From NCBI GenBank assembly GCA_002269645.1, contig NIVC01001098.1, positions 413,894-439,284 of the forward strand: a stretch of DNA of 25,391 nt, in the 5' to 3' direction. Of the stretch, positions 10,068 through 21,200 are shown in pieces. The position numbers and the translations under genes are program-made. The DNA is from Macrostomum lignano. Taxonomy: Eukaryota. The notes beneath the pieces are model-generated. The model ran no database searches, was not told the DNA's origin, and was given only the letters and a program-made list of their open reading frames with translations. Numbering within the stretch: the stretch's first letter is position 1; each line of letters begins with the position of its first letter.

Positions 10068-10444
10068 TTTCATACACTATGGACATCGTCAGGTCTCAAT
10101 TATTTATTAATTGAAAACAGAAGAAAAGAACTTGTTAAAAAACAGTTGACAAGGAAAAGAAAATTATTACAGTTGACGAAGGAGTCAAAGTTTAGTACTC
10201 GTATACAAAACTGGGTGCACAAGTTAGGGTGGAAAGGCATGGTGCGCATCAGATCAATCCAGTCCGGTTTTTGCGTACAATGCCTTTCCACTGAGTCTTA
10301 TTGCAGTTTTCTATTTAACTTGATTGATAATGGTTCGAAACGCGTTGCATAAAGACTCATCGAATGCTGATCCTTGTGTTTCTTTTCTATATGTTCTCTT
10401 CTGAAACAGTACGCTACCATGTAATCCATGCATCCTTCCCACAG

Positions 10445-10579
10445 ATTATTAATGCACTTCTTGCTGCCGTGGCTTCTCAGCATGACGGTGCGGCTTTTCT
10501 ACTGCACTATGAAGTCGACATACTCTTTCGTGGAGTGGAAGATCAATTCACAGCTGAATTGATCGATAAGCTGCACAAT
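10445..10579 (+). CDS. Exon 3: Ulp1/C48 domain N-terminal helix (IINALLAAVASQHDGAAFLL...)
   Basis: Acceptor CCTTCCCACAG, donor GTTAGC, 45 codons, phase 0-0. It completes the W-x4-IIN motif begun in exon 2, which is characteristic of Ulp1 proteases. Confidence 0.75.
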
Positions 10580-10681
10580 GTTAGCATTATGATTGATGTG
10601 CAGACATTACCGTAGTTTATCGATTATGGCATCGTGTCTTATTGACTAAATATTGAAACTATTGACTTTCCCATGTTTTAG

Positions 10682-10824
10682 GCAAAGAAAGCGATAATTG
10701 GTACAATATATCGCAACCAACACTTTATGCTTTTGTTCGTGGACCTGGAGCGGCACAATGTAGCAGTTTTGGATCCTCTTTTGTCATCCGAGCAACTTAA
10801 CATTTCAATATGTGCTAACTTAAA
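10682..10824 (+). CDS. Exon 4: Ulp1/C48 catalytic His and Asp
   Basis: Acceptor CCCATGTTTTAG, donor GTAAGT. It encodes AKKAIIGTIYRNQHFMLLFVDLERHNVAVLDPL, with His at 10721 and Asp at 10772. This exon is not in the supplied ORF track. Confidence 0.8.
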
Positions 10825-11600
10825 GTAAGTTGGTGCTCAAAGTATTTAAATTGTCTCAATGCAAGTATTTGAAAGTATTCTAAACTGTCGTTTGTGTCTC
10901 ACTCCCCATCTTTTGTTGATTGTCGGTAATTTATCGTTAATCGTTAATTATCGGTAATTTATTTAATTATTCATCAAGACGTCAACACAGAAGTTCTTTG
11001 GTAAAAAAATTAGCAAAAAATGGATGCGGGGTTAAAAATTGGAAAAATGAGCACCAGTGAAGCGCCAGGCACACGACCAGTTTTAATAAAGCTCTACAGG
11101 GGGGAGCAAGCAGGTAAGCATGCATACGAGTACACCCATCTCGACCCACACCCACCCCAGCACAGAACACTGGTTTGTACTGCCTGTACGAAACTATGAC
11201 GCTTAAGAAAAATTGTAGGCAATTTTAGGGTTGGCCAGTCCACCACAATGACCGCCAGTCAGTCGCGATCAAGTACCCGAGTCATGACGCTCATGACCTT
11301 GCCTCATGATATTGTGTCAAGGATCTTACCTTTTTAGCTACTATTCGCGACACTGGTTGAATTGCCAGATTGCCTAAGATACTCGTATCTAGGGCGGATC
11401 ACTGGCGCCGAATGTCTATTTAATATATTTTATCAATACCAAACGACCTGCGCGACCCAACAGTCACCTCTTATCACGAGTACTAATTACTTATATTAGT
11501 ACTCTATTTTTTACTAAACTGATTGCTGATTAGACAGGAAACTAACGCATTCCATTATGTTTGTTGTTCTATTACTGCTCGTGTTTTATTCTGCCCTCAG

Positions 11601-11880
11601 CTCCGTTCGACACTGCTTTGGCTGGCATGAAATGCAGCCTATTACTATAAAGCACTCGATTCAGCAGGACGGGAATAGCTGCGGAGTGCTAGTGTGTAAA
11701 TTCGCTGATTTGCTACTATCCGATAGCTCACTAAATATCAATTCGGCACCAAGAGAGATGGCTCTGAGCCGTTTGGAATTGTGGAAAACTTTGCTCCTCA
11801 GGGCGGTTGACCAAGAAAATTTATGCTGGATGTGTGGAGAGAAAGAGGCGGCTTCACATGATGGTGCCTACGATAATTGG
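11601..11880 (+). CDS. Exon 5: Ulp1/C48 catalytic Cys region and first half of PHD finger
   Basis: Acceptor CTGCCCTCAG, donor GTGAGT. It encodes QQDGNSCGVLVCKFAD (oxyanion Gln and catalytic Cys at 11680), then CWMC...DNW. Confidence 0.85.
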
Positions 11881-12059
11881 GTGAGTAGTATGCATTGGTT
11901 TGTAAGTTTTAGCGAAGATTATACCTTATGCGTACGAGTACGAAGCGTTATTACGATGTCGTAAATTTCGGAAATGTATCAAAAAGAGATTTCATAAAGG
12001 TATTGCTGAGCAGTGTCTTGGCAGTAAACTCCAATTTAGATTTTTCCTTCTCCTTTCAG

Positions 12060-12149
12060 ATACAGTGCGAAAAATGTTTCATCTGGTTCCACGAAGCGTG
12101 CATTCGACAATCATGCATTTCAACTTGTGTCTTCTGTGACAGGATTTGA
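12060..12149 (+). CDS. Exon 6: second half of PHD finger and stop codon
   Basis: Acceptor TTTTTCCTTCTCCTTTCAG. It encodes IQCEKCFIWFHEACIRQSCISTCVFCDRI*, completing a C4HC3 pattern with exon 5. Confidence 0.85.
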   Translation: MQCEKCFIWFHEACIRQSCISTCVFCDRI

Positions 12150-13323
12150 CTTGCACTTTTGTGCAACTTTGTTACGAGGTGTATCCAAAATGAAAGAGTC
12201 TATCGATAATAATGGTTATGTGATTCATTTAACTTTAATTTATGTGGATATCAGAACGACAAATGCTTTTTTATGTTTCTTTCGGGCAGCATTTTTTGCA
12301 TTAAGTATCCTCCGCCAAGACGTTTGCAATTCGGTATTCAACCCCCCATCCTCCTAGGATTGCAGATCTGGTGACGGTTTTATTAGCACGTTCCTAATTA
12401 GCATGTATACAAGCAGAATACCAGATTCGGAGACTCATTTTTATCCTCTAGAAAAGTATCTGCTGGTGGTAAATTCGATATCAATTCGGCCCTAAATTGG
12501 GTGATCAATTTGATTACGGGCACTGTTGTCGGAATATTACCCACTGCCGATGGCATCCTTTACCTGATTCGTTATGGTTCGTACCTGCTTTACCTTTGTA
12601 AGTCACGTGCTTCGTTTTTTTATTTTTGACACAGCCTTATTTTTTAACTATGATGAAAGCCTACAGTGCATTTATGGCAAGATAATAGCTGTATCCATAC
12701 TGGTACTAGTGTACCATAGAGTTTAAACAATCATACTGAAGCAGTGCAACTAAAGACAAAATGTGATAGCACATATCATTACTAGACATGACTGCAATAT
12801 CTGCGTATGGTATGCGCCCATTTGTGACCATACAGACGTAGACGTTTATTATGTAAGCAAGACTTTGTGGTCAAGAGCCGTTCCTGAATTCACTAGTGCC
12901 CGCTCTTGGCTATAGAATAAACAATCTTTAAAGTCGGTAAATACCATGGTAGCTAGTAACGCTTTCTTCACAGACTTTATCATGCTATATTTTTCCGTTG
13001 TTTAATTGAAATTTTGTTTTCAACGTAAGCTGTAAATTTGAACTCGAAATAAATTTCGAAGTTTTTACCGATTGACATACGTGGCAATTAAAAATGTGTT
13101 GTTTGTGCATTTTAAGCAGCTAATTAATATTTCATAATTTAGTTATTTGGGCCTAAAGGGCTTTCTATTGTAGTACAACAACACCAACACGTAAAGCAAT
13201 TTTTTCTCTAGCGTACAATTTCTACAGTTTTTTATTCTGCACTTAAGGAGTTAAGCGCTTCCAAACCATGTTTTTTCTCTATGTATCCAAATATTTATTT
13301 TGCATTTGAACTTTCTTGTTTTT

Positions 13324-13361
13324 TTGCTACAATTTGCTACAATTGCTACACTTGCTACAAT
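13324..13361. repeat. Short tandem repeat (TTGCTACAA-like, about 4 copies)
   Basis: Four 9-10 bp units are directly visible. Confidence 0.8.
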
Positions 13362-13757
13362 TATGGACAAGCATTTTTTTATTGCAATATTTTTGCTATT
13401 AAGTAAATTATTAAACATGCATCGTTAGATTTTTTCGGGCAAGTCCTGCCCTGTCTTTCCTTTAAAAAAATCGACTTTCTCTCAGTTTCCGTTCGTTTTA
13501 TTTGCAACGAATAATGGATCACCAACGCAAAAATAATTAAAACATCATTTTTTCACACACAAGAATTTACCAAAAGCAAAGCTAACTACAGGCAAGTTCA
13601 GCGCTTACAGACGCTGCCAGTCATAAGAATATAGACATCAAACTTTAGACAGGTTTATTTGTAACTCGGAATTTGTAGCGAGTGAATTAGAACGCAGTGG
13701 AATGAAATAATCTTGAAATGATCTATGGCCAAATCTCCACTGTTTTACACATGGACA

Positions 13758-14124
13758 TCGTGCAGGAATGACACTCTCCGTTCCTGCACGCAAACAATTT
13801 ATTTAAAATTGTACGCAAATGTATGGGGAGGAGAGAGAATGTATACAGAGTGTGGAGGTAGGAAAGAGAGAGGGGGTTAAAAATAAATCGATTTTTGTGA
13901 TTTTTTATTTCACGCCGACATATAAAATTAATTCAGTGAAGGGGGAGAAAAACTCTAATAAGAATGAAATTCATGAACGCTTACTCGTGCGTCTATGGCC
14001 AAAGCACAAGTGCACTGGTCTGTCTCTGGTGTTTCTCTAGTCTGTCTCTGGCCTGTCTCCGCACACTTGTGCTTTTCCCATTGACGCACTCGTAAGCGTT
14101 CAAGAATTATACATTCCTGCACGA
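13758..14124 (+). mobile_element. Possible DINE-1/HINE-like (Helentron-associated) non-autonomous element
   Basis: Perfect 13-bp inverted pair TCGTGCAGGAATG (13758-13770) / CATTCCTGCACGA (14112-14124). A partial inverted copy at 13781-13790 forms a 10-bp stem, and internal GTCTGTCTCT repeats occur at about 14018-14060. The expected 3' stem-loop is not obvious. Confidence 0.4.
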
Positions 14125-14597
14125 CTGCCTTCATTCCCACGCGCTGGCTCAAATAAGAATTATTATAGTGGAAACGAGATTAGAAAGGTTGTAACTCTCG
14201 GCTCGGCTCGGCTAGCCTCGGCTTTATTTGATTGAGACAGTAACGACAAATAGAGTATTGTCTATCTATGGTCAAGAGGGTTGTAGTGATGGGTTTCGAC
14301 CTTCGGGCTCCTTGTTAGGGAAGCCTTCGGGCCTCAGGCTCAGAAATAAATCACTTAGAGACCTGGCCCCCCCCACTCCTGTCAGATGGTCAGCCCCATG
14401 GTAGCTTGATCGTGTGGCGAGCAGTCTAGGTCCTATAGCTAAGAGAGGGACAGCGAGGGACGAGCAGGGAGAATTTGAAGGTATAAATCACTTAATCCGC
14501 AGATTAGCTAACTCGCTGCCACCATCCCGTACGCCCTGGCTCACCACACCGGGGCTCTCGAAATCGGGCTTCCGACTAGAAGGGGCTTTGCACTTAC

Positions 14598-14726
14598 CTT
14601 CCCTAGTGTCTTTTTGTTGTCAATCTCGAAGTCATAGCCGATGATAAGGGACACTGCTGGGACTGGATCGCATTGGCCATGCAGGTACAGAGGGGACTTG
14701 AGCAGCGGATTCTTGCAGTGGCGAGT
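14598..14726 (-). pseudogene. Putative 129-bp exon of an unidentified, probably decayed minus-strand gene
   Basis: Acceptor CTACCCCATAG, donor AAG|GTAAGT. It is open only in phase 0: TRHCKNPLLKSPLYLHGQCDPVPAVSLIIGYDFEIDNKKTLGK. Neighbouring exon-like segments contain stop codons. Confidence 0.3.
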
Positions 14727-15229
14727 CTATGGGGTAGCTACATGTACTATTACATTGCTAAATACGAAGATGTGTACTTTTGGCCTTCAACGCGCCAACT
14801 AGCCTCTCCTAGCGCTGATAATAGGCTAACTCGAACTTCAGAGACCTCGCATGATTCATTACCCGAGCCGCTTGGCGAACCTAAAGTGCACAGAGTACAT
14901 CTCTGGCGCCGATTCTGCACTTCTGGCAGTTTTGCTCACTGATTTGATAGATAGACTGAGAACTGCCTTGCCATTTGTCCACTGTGACCGGCGCCTACTA
15001 GCTTAGCTACTCATCTGAGCCATCGGCAAACAAAGAAATAAAACCGATTAAAATAACTGTTAGATTTAACCTTCTTAAATCACTTCACACTTCACATTGA
15101 ATTAGAGTTTCAGACTACTAGCAGTATTATTGAATGACTTCTGCCTCAGCAACAGCACTACTAAACAAAATGAGCAAAAGTGTGCGCCTAATTCAGCTAC
15201 TGAACCAGTTGACAGATAAGGGGTCACCC

Positions 15230-18200
15230 ATGCTTCGTCCCGACAGTTAATGCTTCGTCCCGACAGTAAAATTTGGCCATATCCCGACAGTTAATGCTTT
15301 TTCCCGACAGTTATATTCGGCCATATCCCGACAGTCATTGCTTCGTGCCGACAGTTAATGCTTCGTCCTGACAGTTAAATTCGGCCATATCCCGACAGTT
15401 AATGCTTCGTCCCGACAGTAAAATTCGGCCATATCCCGACAGTTAATGCTTCGTCCCGACAGTAAAATTCGGCCATATCCCGACAGTTAATGCTTTGTCC
15501 CGACAGTTAATTCGGCCATATCCCGACAGTTAATGCTTCGTCCCGACAGTTAATGCTTCGTCCGACAGTTAATGCTTTCCCGACAGTTAAATTCCCGACA
15601 GTTAATGCTTCGTCCCGACAGTTAATGCTTCGTCCCGACAGTTAAATTCGGCCATATCCCGACAGTTAATGCTTCGTCCCGACAGTTAATGCTTTGTCCC
15701 GACAGTTAATGCTTCATCCCGACAGTTAAATTCGGCCATATCCCGACAGTTAATGCTTCGTCCCGACAGTTAATGCTTCGTCCCGACAGTTAATGCTTCG
15801 TCCCGACAGTTAATGCTTCATCCCGGCAGTTAAATTCGGCCATATCCCGACAGTTAATGCTTCGTCCCGACAGTTAATGCTTTGTCCCGACAGTTAATGC
15901 TTCGTCCCGACAGTTAAATTCGGCCATATCCCGACAGTTAATGCTTCGTCCCGACAGTTAATGCTTCGTCCCGACAGTTAAATTCGGCCATATCCCGACA
16001 GTTAATGCTTCGTCCCGACAGTTTATGCTTCGTCCGACAGTTAATTGCATATCCCGACAGTTAATGCTTCGTCCCGACAGTTAATGCTTCGTCCCGACAG
16101 TTAAATTCGGCCATATCCCGACAGTTAATGCTTCGTCCCGACAGTTAATGCTTTGTCCCGACAGTTAATGCTTCGTCCCGACAGTTAATGCTTCGTCCCG
16201 ACAGTTAATGCTTGATCCCGACAGTTAAATTCGGCCATATCCCGACAGTTAATGCTTCGTCCCGACAGTTAAATTCGGCCATATCCCGACAGTTAATGCT
16301 TCGTCCCGACAGTTAATGCTTCGTCCCGACAGTTAAATTCGGCCATATCCCTACAGTTAATGCTTCGTCCCGACAGTTAATGCTTTGTCCCGACAGTTAA
16401 TGCTTCGTCCCGACAGTTAATGCTTCGTCCCGACAGTTAATGCTTTGTCCCGACAGTTAATGCTTCGTCCCGACAGTTAAATTCGGCCATATCCCGACAG
16501 TTAATGCTTCGTCCCGACAGTTAAATTCGGCCATATCCCGACAGTTAATGCTTCGTCCCGACAGTTAATGCTTCGTCCGACAGTTAAATTCGGCCATATC
16601 CCGACAGTTAATGCTTCGTCCCGACAGTTAATGCTTTGTCCCGACAGTTAATGCTTCGTCCCGACAGTTAAATTCGGCCATATCCCGACAGTTAATGCTT
16701 CGTCCCGACAGTTAATGCTTGTCCCGACAGTTAATGCTTCGTCCCGACAGTTAAATTCGGCCATATCCCGACAGTTAATGCTTCGTCCCGACAGTTAATG
16801 CTTCGTCCGACAGTTAATGCTTCGTCCCGACAGTTAATGCTTTGTCCCGACAGTTAATGCTTCATCCCGACAGTTAAATTCGGCCATATCCCGACAGTTA
16901 ATGCTTCGTCCCGACAGTTATGCTTTGTCCCGACAGTTAATGCTTCGTCCCGACAGTTAAATTCGGCCATATCCCGACAGTTAATGCTTCGTCCCGACAG
17001 TTAATGCTTCGTCCCGACAGTTAATGCTTCGTCCCGACAGTTAATGCTTCGTCCCGACAGTTAATGCTTCGTCCCGACAGTTAAATTCGGCCATATCCCG
17101 ACAGTTAATGCTTCGTCCCGACAGTTTATGCTTTGTCCCGACAGTTAATGCTTCGTCCCGACAGTTAAATTCGGCCATATCCCGACAGTTAATGCTTCGT
17201 CCCGACAGTTAATGCTTCGTCCCGACAGTTAATGCTTCGTCCCGACAGTTAAATTCGGCCATATCCCGACAGTTAATGCTTCGTCCCGACAGTTAATGCT
17301 TCGTCCGACAGTTAAATTAGGCCATATCCCGACAGTTAATGCTTCGTCCCGACAGTTAATGCTTCGTCCCGACAGTAAAATTCGGCCATATCCCGACAGT
17401 TAATGCTTTGTCCCGACAGTTATATTCGGCCATATCCCGACAGTTAATGATTCGTCCCGACAGTTAATGCTTCGTCCGACAGTTAAATTCGGCCATATCC
17501 CGACAGTTAATGCTTCGTCCCGACAGTTAATGCTTTGTCCCGACAGTTAATGCTTCATCCCGACAGTTAAATCGGCCATATCCCGACAGTTAATGCTTCG
17601 TCCCGACAGTTAATGCTTTGTCCCGACAGTTAATGCTTCGTCCCGACAGTTAAATTCGGCCATATCCCGACAGTTAATGCTTCGTCCCGACAGTTAATGC
17701 TTCGTCCCGACAGTAAAATTCGGCCATATCCCGACAGTTAATGCTTCGTCCCGACAGTTTATGCTTCGTCCTGACAGTTAAATTCGGCCATATCCCGACA
17801 TTAATGCTTCGTCCCGACAGTTAATGCTTCGTCCCGACAGTTAAATTCGGCCATATTCCTACAGTTAATGCTTCGTCCCGACAGTTAATGCTTTGTCCCG
17901 ACAGTTAATGCTTCGTCCCGACAGTTAATGCTTTGTCCCGACAGTTAATGCTTGATCCCGACAGTTAAATTCGGCCATATCCCGACAGTTAATGCTTCGT
18001 CCCGACAGTTAAATTCGGCCATATCCCGACAGTTAATGCTTCGTCCCGACAGTTAATGCTTCGTCCCGACAGTTAAATTCGGCCATATCCCTACAGTTAA
18101 TGCTTCGTCCCGACAGTTAATGCTTTGTCCCGACAGTTAATGCTTCGTCCCGACAGTTAATGCTTCGTCCCGACAGTTAATGCTTCGTCCCGACAGTTAA

Positions 18201-21200
18201 TGCTTTGTCCCGACAGTTAATGCTTGATCCCGACAGTTAAATTCGGCCATATCCCGACAGTTAATGCTTCGTCCCGACAGTTAAATTCGGCCATATCCCG
18301 ACAGTTAATGCTTCGTCCCGACAGTTAATGCTTCGTCCCGACAGTTAAATTCGGCCATATCCCTACAGTTAATGCTTCGTCCCGACAGTTAATGCTTTGT
18401 CCCGACAGTTAATGCTTTGTCCCGACAGTTAATGCTTCGTCCCGACAGTAAAATTCGGCCATATCCCGACAGTTAATGCTTTGTCCCGACAGTTATATTC
18501 GGCCATATCCCGACAGTTAATGATTCGTCCCGACAGTTAATGCTTCGTCCTGACAGTTAAATTCGGCCATATCCCGACAGTTAATGCTTCGTCCCGACAG
18601 TTAATGCTTTGTCCCGACAGTTAATGCTTCGTCCCGACAGTTAAATTCGGCCATATCCCGACAGTTAATGCTTCGTCCCGACAGTTAATGCTTCGTCCCG
18701 ACAGTTAATGCTTCGTCCCGACAGTAAAATTCGGCCATATCCCGACAGTTAATGCTTCGTCCCGACAGTTAATGCTTCGTCCCGACAGTTAATGCTTCGT
18801 CCCGACAGTTAATGCTTTGTCCCGACAGTTAATGCTTCATCCCGACAGTTAAATTCGGCCATATCCCGACAGTTAATGCTTCGTCCCGACAGTTTATGCT
18901 TTGTCCCGACAGTTAATGCTTCGTCCCGACAGTTAAATTCGGCCATATCCCGACAGTTAATGCTTCGTCCCGACAGTTAATGCTTCGTCCCGACAGTTAA
19001 TGCTTCGTCCCGACAGTTAATGCTTCGTCCCGACAGTTAATGCTTCGTCCCGATAGTTAAATTCGGCCATATCCCGACAGTTAATGCTTCGTCCCGACAG
19101 TTTATGCTTTGTCCCGACAGTTAATGCTTCGTCCCGACAGTTAAATTCGGCCATATCCCGACAGTTAATGCTTCGTCCCGACAGTTAATGCTTCGTCCCG
19201 ACAGTTAATGCTTCGTCCCGACAGTAAAATTCGGCCATATCCCGACAGTTAATGCTTCGTCCCGACAGTTAATGCTTCGTCCTGACAGTTAAATTAGGCC
19301 ATATCCCGACAGTTAATGCTTCGTCCCGACAGTTAATGCTTCGTCCCGACAGTAAAATTCGGCCATATCCCGACAGTTAATGCTTTGTCCCGACAGTTAT
19401 ATTCGGCCATATCCCGACAGTTAATGATTCGTCCCGACAGTTAATGCTTCGTCCTGACAGTTAAATTCGGCCATATCCCGACAGTTAATGCTTCGTCCCG
19501 ACAGTTAATGCTTTGTCCCGACAGTTAATGCTTCATCCCGACAGTTAAATACGGCCATATCCCGACAGTTAATGCTTCGTCCCGACAGTTAATGCTTTGT
19601 CCCGACAGTTAATGCTTCGTCCCGACAGTTAAATTCGGCCATATCCCGACAGTTAATGCTTCGTCCCGACAGTTAATGCTTCGTCCCGACAGTAAAATTC
19701 GGCCATATCCCGACAGTTAATGCTTCGTCCCGACAGTTTATGCTTCGTCCTGACAGTTAAATTCGGCCATATCCCGACAATTAATGCTTCGTCCCGACAG
19801 TTAATGCTTCGTCCCGACAGTTAAATTCGGCCATATTCCTACAGTTAATGCTTCGTCCCGACAGTTAATGCTTTGTCCCGACAGTTAATGCTTCGTCCCG
19901 ACAGTTAATGCTTTGTCCCGACAGTTAATGCTTGATCCCGACAGTTAAATTCGGCCATATCCCGACAGTTAATGCTTCGTCCCGACAGTTAAATTCGGCC
20001 ATATCCCGACAGTTAATGCTTCGTCCCGACAGTTAATGCTTCGTCCCGACAGTTAAATTCGGCCATATCCCTACAGTTAATGCTTCGTCCCGACAGTTAA
20101 TGCTTTGTCCCGACAGTTAATGCTTCGTCCCGACAGTTAATGCTTCGTCCCGACAGTTAATGCTTCGTCCCGACAGTTAATGCTTTGTCCCGACAGTTAA
20201 TGCTTCATCCCGACAGTTAAATTCGGCCATATCCCGACAGTTAATGCTTCGTCCCGACAGTTTATGCTTTGTCCCGACAGTTAATGCTTCGTCCCGACAG
20301 TTAAATTCGGCCATATCCCGACAGTTAATGCTTCGTCCCGACAGTAAAATTCGGCCATATCCCGACAGTTAATGCTTCGTCCCGACAGTTAATGCTTCGT
20401 CCCGACAGTTAAATTCGGCCATATCCCTACAGTTAATGCTTCGTCCCGACAGTTAATGCTTTGTCCCGACAGTTAATGCTTCGTCCCGACAGTTAATGCT
20501 TCGTCCCGACAGTTAATGCTTCGTCCCGACAGTTTATGCTTTGTCCCGACAGTTAATGCTTCGTCCCGACAGTAAAATTCGGCCATATCCCGACAGTTAA
20601 TGCTTCGTCCCGACAGTTTATGCTTCGTCCTGACAGTTAAATTCGGCCATATCCCGACAGTTAATGCTTTGTCCCGACAGTTAATGCTTGATCCCGACAG
20701 TTAAATTCGGCCATATCCCGACAGTTAATGCTTCGTCCCGACAGTTAAATTCGGCCATATCCCGACAGTTAATGCTTCGTCCCGACAGTTAATGCTTCGT
20801 CCCGACAGTTAAATTCGGCCATATCCCTACAGTTAATGCTTCGTCCCGACAGTTAAATTCGGCCATATCCCTACAGTTAATGCTTCGTCCCGACAGTTAA
20901 TGCTTCGTCCCGACAGTTAATGCTTCGTCCCGACAGTTTATGCTTTGTCCCGACAGTTAATGCTTCGTCCCGACAGTAAAATTCGGCCATATCCCGACAG
21001 TTAATGCTTCGTCCCGACAGTTTATGCTTCGTCCTGACAGTTAAATTCGGCCATATCCCGACAGTTTATGCTTTGTCCCGACAGTTAATGCTTCGTCCCG
21101 ACAGTAAAATTCGGCCATATCCCGACAGTTAATGCTTCGTCCCGACAGTTTATGCTTCGTCCTGACAGTTAAATTCGGCCATATCCCGACAGTTAATGCT

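Larger units (their letters stand above)
4610..12149 (+). mobile_element. Mutator-superfamily (NOF/Foldback-like) transposon-derived gene: transposase + Ulp1/C48 protease + PHD finger; element termini not identified
   Basis: Six-exon model 4643-5922, 5991-8265, 10445-10579, 10682-10824, 11601-11880, 12060-12149. All introns are GT-AG with compatible phases (2,0,0,2,0). The total is 4203 nt, or 1400 aa plus stop. Confidence 0.75.

Noticed and set aside
10032-10483. ORFs between the RT remnant and exon 3 as genes or as a 5' LTR/gag
   Set aside because: There is no second LTR copy, PBS or clear motif. A faint resemblance to the RT N-terminus on the minus strand is too weak to call.
11228-11460. 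Possible small TIR element in intron 4
   Set aside because: The candidate ends match poorly and no TSD was found.
14190-14911. LTR (TGTAAC...GTACA) followed by a PBS-like TGGCGCC at 14904
   Set aside because: There is no TSD, no second LTR, no downstream gag/pol and no extended tRNA complementarity that I can verify.
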